Part shown: positions 29,501-38,517 of the stretch, piece after piece
Position numbering within the stretch: the first letter of the stretch is position 1
How the letters are laid out: the number at the start of each line of letters is the position of its first letter
Assembly: GCA_965237675.1 (NCBI GenBank)
Contig: OZ250150.1
Location: forward strand, 3,040,001-3,104,000
Origin: Candidatus Latescibacterota bacterium
GTDB lineage: Bacteria; Latescibacterota; UBA2968; GCA-2709665
Direction of reading: 5' to 3'
DNA: 64,000 nt
Position numbers and translations under genes: made by a program
The notes under the pieces: generated by a model
Databases searched by the model: none
Told to the model about the DNA's origin: nothing
The model's input: only the letters and a program-made list of their open reading frames with translations

Positions 29501-29666
29501 GTTTCCGTTCCCACCCGGAGGGAAAGGCCTGCAGGCGTATCTTGCTATAGGAAACGGCGCCGATCACCAGCAGCGCCACGAGGCACATGGTCACGGTTAC
29601 AGGCCGCGTTATGGAAAAACGCGGCAACAAAGCGTGTCGATCCTTCACCAGGGTCTCCAGCGACAA
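26511..29666 (-). CDS. RND efflux transporter permease (AcrB/AcrD/AcrF family)
   Basis: GMVVDNAIVIVENI, GVVVNNAIVL and RFRPILMT motifs; 1051 aa. Confidence 0.93.
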   Translation of the reverse strand: MSLETLVKDRHALLPRFSITRPVTVTMCLVALLVIGAVSYSKIRLQAFPSGWERKQLWVWVGNQDTSPKENDQEICRLFEAHFGTVKNLLRMRTWAGNNWAEAGLRFRAETDMSLAYNQVMDRLDRLKLELPPEKRDRTGVWKYNEETDQEIIWMGVAPPAGLDDIQSFMENKVQRRLERIDGVAKVSFWGRFRKEIMVVVFQERMRSLGLRPADVVQALQGENFALAGGYVQEGEKKYFVRSLARYRDMDEIRRIPIKRSNGLGPVSVADVGGVLFGRPPDLGSWRINGKEAVGLDVYKESSANVVDVSSLVKEELERIGQETGVQFNIMWDQGKAVRDSIDNIRITAIWGGLFAALILLYFLRAIRMTALITLSIPLCIMMTISALYFLDWSLNLLTMMGLMVGMGMVVDNAIVIVENIYRMRAKGMDAQEASVAGASEVGMAISMATLTTVVVFMPLMFMTGDIGLTFELTRIGIPVVVSLLGSLFVALIFIPLAAKLLGKHSPKEDPRSIRWSRRKYQACLRWILAHRRDASLIFIILFVSVLYPASNIKKTTGRARVNNEFYIRLAAPPFFKRAEMELIATQIEDFLDSKRDTYRIRTVRLGYWRQRGFIRVYLEEEPDRAWWKQFYRSVRKKVGIPVKGRMTRAAVIADVKKLIPRFVGVRLMVQTSWRSDPGVSVYLYGEDIDVLGELSEAVRQRVEAIPDVVSVDSNLEFAETEVQVLINKEQAHSYGISAQAVGRSISYQLRGVNLAPYYKGDREISVRLFMDEDDRQTLAQLKSFPFRSKNGIQVPLSAFATFNVTKGSGSIRREGGKIRMWVKAHTTQEDLQGLWARIDRAMEGFAMPRGYSWNKGETYSRFRETDDTMSFAITMAITCVFLLMGVLFESFVLPFAVLLSIPFAFLGVYWSLFLTDTVMGKMSQMGIILLIGVVVNNAIVLIDMINRLRVSGMSRAKAIEEAGYNRFRPILMTTFTTIFGLFPMAAGSATMLGTPYAPLGITMIGGLVSSTILTLFVVPLFYTYLDDLRHFLRGFAGSLLSSSKVEMSQR

Positions 29667-29926
29667 ACGGATTCAAAAAACCGGTTCATCCGGAATGGTC
29701 CTGAAAGAAGATACACAAGCGATGTTAAAAATAACATGGAAAACAGGGTTTCGCCTCAATTTTGCCGGTGATACGCCAGGAACCGCGAGAACATCAGATC
29801 GACACCTCTCGTTGTAAGGACGCCAGCGGGGCCTTGTGCCGACGTTGCATTCGTAGGGGCGACGCCCGCACGTCCTGGCGGGGACATCGGTCAATGGTTA
29901 TCGCTCTTCCGCGCCGTGTTTGAGTT

Positions 29927-29952
29927 TGTAGGGGCAACCCTTGTGGTTGTCC
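29927..29952 (+). repeat. GTAG-type REP-like palindrome
   Basis: TGTAGGGGCAACCCTTGTGGTTGTCC. Confidence 0.75.
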
Positions 29953-30037
29953 ACCTTGCGGCGCGAAAGTCAATCGATTGGCTGTACGCTGAGGGCTGAC
30001 CGCTGTCCGCTATTTGCTGATTTTCACCCATTTCCGC

Positions 30038-30066
30038 TTGACATGGAGCGTTCAAAGGCCTATTTT
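30038..30066 (+). promoter_or_regulatory. sigma70-type promoter for the pheST leader
   Basis: TTGACA-17 nt-TATTTT immediately before the T-box leader. Confidence 0.6.
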
Positions 30067-30074
30067 CTGACCCA

Positions 30075-30400
30075 ATAGCGATGACGGAGGAAAGTAAGCC
30101 GTCCCCAACCGGAAAGGGAGGGGGCGCCACGGACTGAAAGCGCTCCCGCGGTATGAACGGCCGAAGTTCCCTCTCGAGCTGCAAAGCTGAATACGAGTAG
30201 CGAGTGCATGCCCCGTCAATCCGGCAGAGGCAGTGGTCTCGCGGCACCCGTTATTAGGCTGCGCCGGTGACTCTCGCCGTAAACGGAGAGGGGCGGTCAT
30301 TGCCGCCTGCAAAGCGGCGCTTTTCAGGCGCAAATAGGGTGGTACCGCGGAAGGCATCGGGTCCTTTCGTCCCTATCGGGATGAAAGGCCTTTCTTTTTA
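30075..30400 (+). promoter_or_regulatory. Phe-specific T-box riboswitch with terminator
   Basis: AATAGGGTGGTACCGCG at 30333-30349; candidate specifier TTC at 30167-30169; hairpin plus T-run at 30360-30400; upstream of pheS. Confidence 0.88.
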
Positions 30401-30472
30401 TATGGGGCGGCGCAACTCGAACGCGCAAATCCTCCCGCGCATGAGCGATCACGGATCTCAAGGAGCAGTCCT

Positions 30473-32059
30473 GTGAATCCATCGGCAGACCTGTCGTCTC
30501 TCCATGCCCTCGAAATCAAGACGCTCCGCGCCTTTAACGATTGCGATGGCAACGCGTTGTCCGATTCCCGACTGCCCGAAGCCGCCGGCATCGGCCCCGG
30601 CCAGATCCGGCGCGCGGTGGAATGGCTTCGCTCCAAGAACCTTCTCGAGATTACCGGCGATACCACGGTCTCCACAGTCAGCCTTACCGAATCGGGGATC
30701 GCCCAGGCCGGCATCGGCGCCACGCCGGAAATCGCGCTTCTGATTCGCGCGGGAGAGGAACCCGCACCCTCGCTCAGGGACCTCCAGGCCGACACCCGCT
30801 TCGACAAGGGGGAATGGGGGAGCGCCTTCGGAGGGCTGAAAGCCGAAGGCGCGATCCGGCAGGAGGGCGCCGCCATCCGCATCGCCGATCCGGAAAGGGC
30901 CGCGTTCTATACGGAGAGGCTGATGTCCGAGCTTTTCCGGCGCTTGCAAGGGGCTGGCGAAGAGGCGGTCCTGAGCCTCACCGACTTTCCGGAGGATGTC
31001 CAGTCCTATATCCGCGACAGAACGAGCAAACGCGGCAAGGGTAGAGCGGCCATCCGCGTGGACGAACGACTGGAACGCACGTACAGACTCACCGCTGCGG
31101 GCGCGCAAACCCTAAGGCGCATCGTGGAAACGAACCTGACCGGCGACGAGGTCTCGCGCCTGACGCCGGAGATGCTCCAGTCCGGCGATTGGAAGAACGT
31201 CTCTTTCCGACGATACGACATCAGCATCAAACCGCCGCGCATTCTCATCGGCCGTCTCCACCCCTACCGGGCGTATCTCGACGGCGTACGGCGCAAACTG
31301 CTTTCCCTGGGTTTTGAAGAAATGAAGGGTCCCCTGGTTGAAACCGAATTCTGGAACATGGATGCCCTGTTCATGCCGCAGTTCCATGCCGCGCGAAATA
31401 TACATGACGCCTATTATATAAAGGAACCCACCCATTCGAAGGGCGTCGAAGAACCCTTCTTTTCAAGTGTGGCCGAGGCCCACGCCACAGGTGGAAATAC
31501 GGGCTCCCGCGGCTGGCGTTACGAATTCAGCCCGGAACGCGCGCGTCGTCTGATTTTGCGAAGCCAGGGCACCGCGCTGTCAGCCCGCACACTGGCTTCC
31601 CGCCCGAATATCCCGGGCAAATACTTCGCCGTTGCGCGCTGTTTCCGATACGACGACGTCGACGCCACCCATGCCGCGGACTTCTTTCAGGTGGAGGGCA
31701 TCGTCCTCGGAGAGGGCATCAACTTTCGGAGCCTGCTTGGCCTGCTCAAACTCTTTGCGCTGGAGATCGCACAGTCCGAGGAATGTCGTTTTGTGCCGGA
31801 TTATTTCCCATTCACGGAGCCGTCTGTTGAGCTGCAGGCCAGGCACCCCGCATTGGGCTGGATCGAATTCGGCGGCGCAGGCCTTTTCCGGCCTGAACTC
31901 ACGCGACCCCTGGGCGTCGACGTCCCCGTCATTGCCTGGGGTCTGGGTATAGACCGCATGGCGATGGTGGCGCTGGGTATTGACGATATCCGCGACCTTT
32001 TCAGCACGGACCTGGACTTCATCCGGAACGAAACCGACCGCCGGCGGACGGCAACATGA
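30473..32059 (+). CDS. pheS: phenylalanine--tRNA ligase alpha subunit, long archaeal/eukaryote-type
   Basis: EFWNMDALFMPQFHAAR, YFPFTEPS and AWGLGIDR; 528 aa with an N-terminal extension. Confidence 0.93.
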   Translation: MNPSADLSSLHALEIKTLRAFNDCDGNALSDSRLPEAAGIGPGQIRRAVEWLRSKNLLEITGDTTVSTVSLTESGIAQAGIGATPEIALLIRAGEEPAPSLRDLQADTRFDKGEWGSAFGGLKAEGAIRQEGAAIRIADPERAAFYTERLMSELFRRLQGAGEEAVLSLTDFPEDVQSYIRDRTSKRGKGRAAIRVDERLERTYRLTAAGAQTLRRIVETNLTGDEVSRLTPEMLQSGDWKNVSFRRYDISIKPPRILIGRLHPYRAYLDGVRRKLLSLGFEEMKGPLVETEFWNMDALFMPQFHAARNIHDAYYIKEPTHSKGVEEPFFSSVAEAHATGGNTGSRGWRYEFSPERARRLILRSQGTALSARTLASRPNIPGKYFAVARCFRYDDVDATHAADFFQVEGIVLGEGINFRSLLGLLKLFALEIAQSEECRFVPDYFPFTEPSVELQARHPALGWIEFGGAGLFRPELTRPLGVDVPVIAWGLGIDRMAMVALGIDDIRDLFSTDLDFIRNETDRRRTAT

Positions 32060-32344
32060 AACCACGCCGGCAGCCGATACAGCCGCCGGTCAGCAAAGAT
32101 CGACAACACAAGGAGCAATGTCTTTAAGGTAATCAGTCAACACTCCCTTCGGACACCATAAGATATGAAGACTGTTGCGTTGACAGGAGGGTGAATCTCC
32201 AAGCGATTGGCGCTCGGCATTCAGTGGTCGGCCCCTTCCACCGAACGCCTGTCCGGTTGTGGGATGGGTGGTCTGACCGCTAAGAGCTGAAAGCTGACAG
32301 CTTATTTTCGGACGAACGCAACGCGAACGGATGAAGGAGCACGC

Positions 32345-34030
32345 ATGCCCACCATCACTGTCGTCAGGAAAGACCTCGAGCGCCTGGCCGGTCAAACCTA
32401 CGACCTGCCCGATCTCGAACGCGCCCTCGAAACCGTCAAAGCCGAGGTTAAAGTCGAAGACGAATCCCGGTTGCGGATTCAGCTCAAGGATACCAACCGT
32501 CCTGATCTCTGGTCATCCGAGGGGGTCGCCCGGCTGCTCAAGGGCCATCGGAGAGGCCGGCACGACGCCTATCCCTTTTTCGACATTCCTGCGACAGAAC
32601 TCGAACTGCACGTCGCCCCGGCCCTTGAACCCATCCGGCCCTACATCGCCGCCTTCGCCTGTGAAGGGATTGCGGTGGACGAAGCGGCTCTGGAACAACT
32701 CATCGAAGCCCAGGAAAAACTGGCGGACGGGTACGGACGCGGCCGAAGCGCGGTGGCAATCGGCATCTACAACGCCACCGGTATGACCTTCCCCGTACAC
32801 TATGCCGCCGCCGACCCGGATGCCGCCCGCTTTGTCCCGCTGGGGATGGAAACCGAGATGACCCTGCGCCAGATCTTGACGGAGCACCCCACCGGCGAGA
32901 AATACGCACATCTACTTGATGGCTTCGACAAATTTCCGCTCATCAGCGACAGCCGGAGCAAGGTTCTCTCCATGCCGCCCGTCATCAACAGCCGGAACCC
33001 GGGCGCCGTGGAGGTGGGGGACACCTTCCTTTTCTGTGAGGCCACCGGCACAGAACTCGACGCCGTTCTACTCACCGTTGCCATTATGGCCGCCAACATG
33101 GCCGACCGCGGTGGCCGCATTCTGCCGGTGAACGTGGTGTATCCGTACGATACGCCGCGCGGCCGGGAAATCCAATGTCCTCTGGATATGACGGGGCCCG
33201 TCGAGGTGAACGTGGACGACCTGAGGAACGTCATCGGCGGCGAACTCGACAGGGGAAGCGTCGAAGCCGCCCTGGCCGCCATGGGGTACCGCGACATCGC
33301 GCTCGACGACAAGCGCGTACAGGCGCGCCCGGCTCCGTATCGTGATGATATCCTCCATCCGGTGGACCTCATCGAAGACGTCATCGTGAGCGTGGGCTTC
33401 GACAACTTCGAGCCCGAAATGCCGCACGATTTCACCCTCGGCAAATCCGCTCCCGAGGAAGATCTCGCGGACCGCATCCGCTTCCTTATGGTCGGATGCG
33501 GATTCCAGGAACTCTTCCTGCCCATTCTCTCGTCGCGCCTGGACCTTACGAAGCGCATGCGCGACCCGGACGCCGCGATCGTCGAAACTTCCAACCCCAT
33601 GTCCGAAAACTACAGCGCGGTTCGCAACGCCCTCCTTCCCGGTCTGCTCCGTGTGGAAGCGGCCAGCCGAAAGGCGGTCTACCCTCACCACATCTTCGAA
33701 GTGGGCGAAGTCTCCGTCATCGCGCCGGACGGTTTCTACGGCACCCGTACCGAGATCCGCCTCGCCGCCCTGGAGGCGCATGCCGAAGCCAATCTTTCGG
33801 GCATTCAGAGTCACCTCGAAGCCCTGGCCTACTATCTCGGCGTTGACTACAATCTCTCGCCGTTGGCGCATCCCTCCTTTCTGCCCGGGCGGGCGGGTGA
33901 AGTCCGGGTGGACGGAAGAAGCTACGGCGTCATCGGCGAAATCCATCCTGAAGTCCTTGAAAGCTGGGGCGTATCGGTACCCGCCAGTGCGTTCGAGGTC
34001 AACATCGATATTGCCCGGATACAACCCTGA
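32345..34030 (+). CDS. pheT: phenylalanine--tRNA ligase beta subunit, short archaeal-type
   Basis: MPTI, NRPDLWS.EG, LSMPPVINS, YRDDILHPVDLIED and GEIHPEVL; 561 aa. Confidence 0.93.
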   Translation: MPTITVVRKDLERLAGQTYDLPDLERALETVKAEVKVEDESRLRIQLKDTNRPDLWSSEGVARLLKGHRRGRHDAYPFFDIPATELELHVAPALEPIRPYIAAFACEGIAVDEAALEQLIEAQEKLADGYGRGRSAVAIGIYNATGMTFPVHYAAADPDAARFVPLGMETEMTLRQILTEHPTGEKYAHLLDGFDKFPLISDSRSKVLSMPPVINSRNPGAVEVGDTFLFCEATGTELDAVLLTVAIMAANMADRGGRILPVNVVYPYDTPRGREIQCPLDMTGPVEVNVDDLRNVIGGELDRGSVEAALAAMGYRDIALDDKRVQARPAPYRDDILHPVDLIEDVIVSVGFDNFEPEMPHDFTLGKSAPEEDLADRIRFLMVGCGFQELFLPILSSRLDLTKRMRDPDAAIVETSNPMSENYSAVRNALLPGLLRVEAASRKAVYPHHIFEVGEVSVIAPDGFYGTRTEIRLAALEAHAEANLSGIQSHLEALAYYLGVDYNLSPLAHPSFLPGRAGEVRVDGRSYGVIGEIHPEVLESWGVSVPASAFEVNIDIARIQP

Positions 34031-34140
34031 TCGATTGCGGATGCCCCGGTTGTCCGGTTACGTCAGATAACTCAACTTGCCTCCCAGACGATTTCAAAAC
34101 TGCGAAAGCAGGTATCACACAACTTAATAGGAGAGCCAGA

Positions 34141-34629
34141 ATGATTAATTCACGGCCAGTTTGGTTTGTGGGTTCTATGTTTGTGGGTTCTATGTGGTGT
34201 GCGCAAACGCAAGACCACACAGAACGGTTTTTGAAAGAATGTTGTTGGGAAATTCGTGAACCAAGTGAAAATGAAAAGGAGCGTGTTAAGTCAATTCTAC
34301 CAGGTGATCGAATCTTTATTAAATCAACATGTGTGCGAAAAAATGAACTGCCTTTTGACAATCAAGGTCGGCCTATCTCAACAATGAAGATTAAAGCAGA
34401 AGGCACCGTAAGGGAAAATTTGGGCGACGGTTGTTCTTTAATTGTTACTTGGACGCCTGTAGTTCCTTTTCGTGAATGGTATTTCTTTACTTACAGACGA
34501 ACGATTTGGCAGGTGCATCCCACGATTTGTAATCTGTCCTGGGCCGCAGACGAATTGATTCGGTTTGCTATTGATGGCAAGGAACAGGATTACGCTCGTT
34601 TTTGGGATTATTGGTACCCGAATCAATAA
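34141..34629 (+). CDS. hypothetical protein resembling the N-terminal domain of some McrB-like ATPases
   Basis: GDRIFIKS...LPFDNQG...IKAEG.V.ENLGDG...REWYFFTYRRTIW; low GC; similarity recalled from memory only. Confidence 0.5.
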   Translation: MINSRPVWFVGSMFVGSMWCAQTQDHTERFLKECCWEIREPSENEKERVKSILPGDRIFIKSTCVRKNELPFDNQGRPISTMKIKAEGTVRENLGDGCSLIVTWTPVVPFREWYFFTYRRTIWQVHPTICNLSWAADELIRFAIDGKEQDYARFWDYWYPNQ

Positions 34630-34779
34630 GTAGGAAGGTGATTCAATGGCCGCCTTAGATCGTTTTACAATTAATATGTCTTGTTCAGCATGTGGCAGGA
34701 AAGGCACGGTCGATGTTTCAGAGAAGGATCATCCTTATATGAAGCCGCATGCCGGTTTTTCTATTGACCGGGTATCTAA

Positions 34780-36459
34780 CCCGAATAATTCACAAAAAGG
34801 TAGTTTCCTTACCCAAGTCATTGTATTATATTATGGTTAGACGGATAACCATACAACAATGAACCGGGAGGAAACTACCGTGGAGATTCAAGATAAGCAT
34901 CACAGGATTTCTTTCGCAAGTGTTTCGGGCAAGCAGGTAGAAGCCGTCTTCGATGGAGGGGTGCTCACAAGCGATATCGGGTTGATGCTGCTTCGAGAGG
35001 TGGCGTCCAAAATCGGCATTCTGTCTCGGATCGTTGAGGCGTTAACCGACCGTCGGCATCCAAGTTATGTGGATCACACGTGTGCGGATCTGATCAACCA
35101 GCGCGTCTTTCAGATCACGTGCGGGTATGAGGATGCGAACGATTGCAATGCGTTGCGCCGGGACCCCGCCTTCAAGGCGGCCTGTGATCGGTTGCCGGTG
35201 TCAGGGGCGGCGTTGGCCAGCCAACCGACGATGAGTCGATTGGAAAACGGAATTCGTCGCAGGGACTTATATCGCATTGCCAAGGCCCTTGTGGACGGGT
35301 TCATCGCTTCCTACGATACGCCTCCCGAGGCGGTCGTTCCGGATATCGATGACACCGATGACGAGGTTCACGGCAATCAACCGTTGTCGTTGTTCAATGG
35401 CTATTATGATGAACGCTGTTACATGCCCTTGCACATTTATGAAGGCCAGACAGGAAGACTGATCACGACCCTCCTGCGTCCGGGTGCGCGTCCTTCCGGG
35501 AAACAGATTGTCAGCATTCTCAAACGACTGGTGAAAACCCTTCGTGAGGCCTGGCCGGACGTGGACATTTTCTTGCGTGGCGATTCCCATTTTTCTTGTC
35601 CTGAGGTCCACGACTTTTGCGACGAGCACGAGGTGTATTTTGCGCTGGGACAGGCCGGAAATACGAGGCTTGCAGCACAGGGACACCCCTTGATGGCGCA
35701 GGCAAAAGCCCGGTATCAGGAAACCGGACAGCCCGTGCAGCTATTTACCTGTTTCGGTTACCAGGCCCAGTCCTGGGCATTGCCAAGACGCATCATCTAC
35801 AAAGCCGAGATCACCGCTTCGGGGCAAGCCAATGCACGCTTTGTGGTCACCAACCTGGACAGTAGCCAGCCCTCATTCATCTACAAAACCGTCTATTGCG
35901 CGCGCGGCAGGATGGAAAACTTCATTAAGAATCACAAAACCTTTCTCCATTCCGATCGTACCTCTTGTCACACGTTTGAAGCCAATCACTTCCGTCTCTT
36001 CCTCCATAGTGCCGCTTATGTCTTGATGCATACCCTAACTGAAATAGGACTCCAAGCCACCCCATGGGCGCACGCGCAGTTTAATACCATTCAGCATCGT
36101 ATTCTCAAAGTCGCCGGGAGAGTGTCTGAACTCAAAACCAAAATCAAACTCCATTTGCCAACCTCATTTCCCTTGAAACACCTCTATGACACCATCCTCT
36201 GCAATTTGGCAAAGGCATATCCATAACGCCGTTTCACGCCGGCCCATCCATCCCTTTCTCATAGCCATCGCGTAAGACCAAGGCATCCGTCTGTGCTTTC
36301 CACACCCAAAATAAAGAACGCGACACCCCTCGCTGCTGCTGGGACACGTAAAAATACTCATCATGGCGTCACCAACACGTCATTCTACTATTTTCCCTTC
36401 TCCAGAACACTTTCTGCTTCCACAGACACTGTTCTGCTCATTTTCATGAATTAATCAGG
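34780..36459 (+). mobile_element. IS1380-family element
   Basis: TIRs CCCGAATAATTCACAAAA and TTTTCATGAATTAATCAGG; 4-bp TSD CTAA. Confidence 0.9.
34859..36226 (+). CDS. IS1380 transposase
   Basis: FDGG.LTSD.G, GYEDANDC, LASQPTMSRLEN, LRGDSHF and YCARGRMENFIK. Confidence 0.93.
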   Translation: MNREETTVEIQDKHHRISFASVSGKQVEAVFDGGVLTSDIGLMLLREVASKIGILSRIVEALTDRRHPSYVDHTCADLINQRVFQITCGYEDANDCNALRRDPAFKAACDRLPVSGAALASQPTMSRLENGIRRRDLYRIAKALVDGFIASYDTPPEAVVPDIDDTDDEVHGNQPLSLFNGYYDERCYMPLHIYEGQTGRLITTLLRPGARPSGKQIVSILKRLVKTLREAWPDVDIFLRGDSHFSCPEVHDFCDEHEVYFALGQAGNTRLAAQGHPLMAQAKARYQETGQPVQLFTCFGYQAQSWALPRRIIYKAEITASGQANARFVVTNLDSSQPSFIYKTVYCARGRMENFIKNHKTFLHSDRTSCHTFEANHFRLFLHSAAYVLMHTLTEIGLQATPWAHAQFNTIQHRILKVAGRVSELKTKIKLHLPTSFPLKHLYDTILCNLAKAYP

Positions 36460-36878
36460 CTAATGGCTTTACCGTTATATGTAATTCAGGCTTCGAGGAT
36501 GCCGCAGTGCAATGTAAATGTGGACGAGGTTTTCAGCCTCAACACACCCGTTGAATTTTTGTCACTTCGATAGACATTGTTAATTTGGAGTAACGTGTGC
36601 AGGATTGGGCAGGATTCCAGCAGTGTTGTAGTGCCTTTGTTTACGTCGCTTGTTCGGGGCTTCCTGCAATTGAAATAGCGTCAAGGGTAGGACGGGGCGT
36701 TTGCGACCTGCCTGCCGCTCTAGGCCATCGTCGATAACTGCCTCGAAAGGAAGTGATGCGGATTTTTAGACGCTCTTTCAAGCTACGAAAGCCAACAGAC
36801 TGTGCGGCCACGGGTCCGGGCGCTACGGAGGTGGCGCGAGCCTTTTTTGTCTCTATTTCTGCGACAGTAAAACGAGAC

Positions 36879-36904
36879 GGGCAGACAGGAATGTCTGCCC
36901 CACC
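36879..36904. repeat. REP-like palindrome
   Basis: GGGCAGACAGGAATGTCTGCCCCACC. Confidence 0.55.
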
Positions 36905-37024
36905 TTCGCACACGTTCCTCATCATGTCAGTGTGGGCGCACTTGTGACATAAGATCTTACGGCCCGTGGATTGCTTCGCATCCCCAACACGGTCGCACAT
37001 CGAAATCCATTGTCCCAAAGCACA

Positions 37025-37063
37025 ACAACGGGTTACGCCAAAACGACGTAACCCGTTGTTTTT
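37025..37063 (-). terminator. hairpin downstream of tRNA-Leu
   Basis: ACAACGGGTTACG...CGTAACCCGTTGT. Confidence 0.6.
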
Positions 37064-37151
37064 TGGTGCCGAAGGGGGGACTCGAACCCCCACGAGCACA
37101 TGGCTCACTGCGCCCTGAACGCAGCGCGTCTACCAATTCCACCACTTCGGC
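37064..37151 (-). tRNA. tRNA-Leu(CAG)
   Basis: GCCGAAG acceptor stem, TGGTAGAC D-loop, anticodon arm CTGCG-TTCAGGG-CGCAG, long variable arm, GTTCGAGTCC, encoded CCA. Confidence 0.96.
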
Positions 37152-37199
37152 GTCTGATCCGGAGGCCTGCGGGGTCGTGCCAGGCACGACCGGACATGA

Positions 37200-37228
37200 A
37201 ATATATAAAATCGCTATAGGGTTGTCAA
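37200..37228 (-). promoter_or_regulatory. sigma70-type promoter for tRNA-Leu
   Basis: TTGACA-17 nt-TATATT. Confidence 0.6.
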
Positions 37229-37659
37229 GATTCGTCAGGCGCAAACAGGGATCGGAATCTCTCGGGCATCCGCTCCGGTTTCCGGGTGGTGTAGTCCAAA
37301 AAGGCGATTCCGGTTTTGGCACGGGCGATTTCCATGCCCGTATCTTTGTCAGTGATGCGGTAAAAAATGTCGCATCCGATGCGGCTGAGGCCGTCGACCG
37401 CGACCTGAAAAGTCAGGGTCTGGCCGTAGAAGGCTTCGGATTTGTATTGGATAACGGCGTCGACCATAATGATGCCCACCCCGTCCACGTCCAATTCGGT
37501 GAAGCCGTGGCTTTCCAGAAAACGCACCCGCGCCTCGTGGACGAGCGACAGCACGGCGTTGTTGTCCATGTGACCGCCGTAGTTGATGTCGGAAACACGA
37601 AGCCGGATATCGGTGGCATACGCAAAGGTCCCGGGAAGTCCGAGTTTGATACGAGACAT
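37225..37659 (-). CDS. acyl-CoA thioesterase (4HBT hotdog family)
   Basis: RVSDINYGGHMDN. Confidence 0.88.
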   Translation of the reverse strand: MSRIKLGLPGTFAYATDIRLRVSDINYGGHMDNNAVLSLVHEARVRFLESHGFTELDVDGVGIIMVDAVIQYKSEAFYGQTLTFQVAVDGLSRIGCDIFYRITDKDTGMEIARAKTGIAFLDYTTRKPERMPERFRSLFAPDES

Positions 37660-37731
37660 GATGGAGGCGGTGTGTGTCCTCTCTGCCTTGTCCGTCCAAA
37701 GACGGGGCGGTCGCACGCGGAACTGCCTCGC

Positions 37732-37971
37732 CTACACCGGTTCCGGGCGGGCGACCAGGAGACCGTCTTCCGGCGTCACGTTGATGGCAAAGGGGACGCT
37801 GTCGATCCTGAGCGCCAGGCCATCTTGGATCCGGGCGACGAAGATGATCTTTTCCGCCCCTCGCTGGAACGCGACCGCAGCGGTCGTGAATGCGCGGTAA
37901 ACGTCGATGATGACGACCGTGCCGGTGGATTCACGGGCGCCCTGAAGCAGGCTTTTGAGGTGTATTTCCAC
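37732..37971 (-). pseudogene. 2-phosphosulfolactate phosphatase (ComB) remnant with internal deletion
   Basis: VVIIDVYRAFTTA N-terminal motif joined directly to a C-terminal-like FAINVTPEDGLLVARP; only 79 aa. Confidence 0.65.
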
Positions 37972-38205
37972 GGGTTGGGTCCTGCGTTGTCCTGGAGGGT
38001 CCCTTAAATTGCGGGATACCACGTCACAGGATTTCTCACCAATTTGTTCAATAATAACCCATGTAGGTGGTGTATGTTACGGGTTAAAGGGAAATCAGCC
38101 TGAGAGGTGTAGTTTCAGTATTGTGATTGATATTAGATTTCGGTCAATAAAATAGCCCAGGCGGCGACGGCCTGGGTTTTCTTCATCAACAGAATCTATT
38201 CTTGG

Positions 38206-38508
38206 TCACTTATTTAGGGCTTGGTAGAACTGATCATGATTTCCAATTTCAATTATCTCAATTGCCGTAACAACGTCATCCTCTCCATATACTCGAAAAG
38301 CAATACGAAATTTATCATTTAAATAAGCCTTCCAAACATTATCCCACATATGTTCGAAATGTCTACCAGGTAATTGTATGCCTTCTTCTATTTCGGAGAA
38401 AAACCGCTCTGCTTGATACTTAATGTTTGGATTACGGCTAAGACGTTTTAATTTTTTATGTACATATTTATTAAATTCCCGTATCTCGACAGGTGGTTTA
38501 AAAACCAT
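38206..38508 (-). CDS. RelE/ParE-like toxin
   Basis: 100 aa; WKAYLNDKFRIAFR...IIEIGNHDQFY; low GC. Confidence 0.6.
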   Translation of the reverse strand: MVFKPPVEIREFNKYVHKKLKRLSRNPNIKYQAERFFSEIEEGIQLPGRHFEHMWDNVWKAYLNDKFRIAFRVYGEDDVVTAIEIIEIGNHDQFYQALNK

Positions 38509-38517
38509 GTTCGAATC

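Larger units (their letters stand above)
34646..36554 (+). pseudogene. small Cys-rich (Zn-ribbon-like) protein split by IS1380
   Basis: MAALDRFTINMSCSACG...DRVS and NGFTVICNSGFEDAAVQCKCGRGFQPQHTR* rejoin in frame when the IS and one TSD are removed. Confidence 0.65.

Noticed and set aside
34050-37064. Integrative element at tRNA-Leu
   Set aside because: No integrase and no duplicated tRNA 3' end were found by eye; only a low-GC patch and an IS are present.
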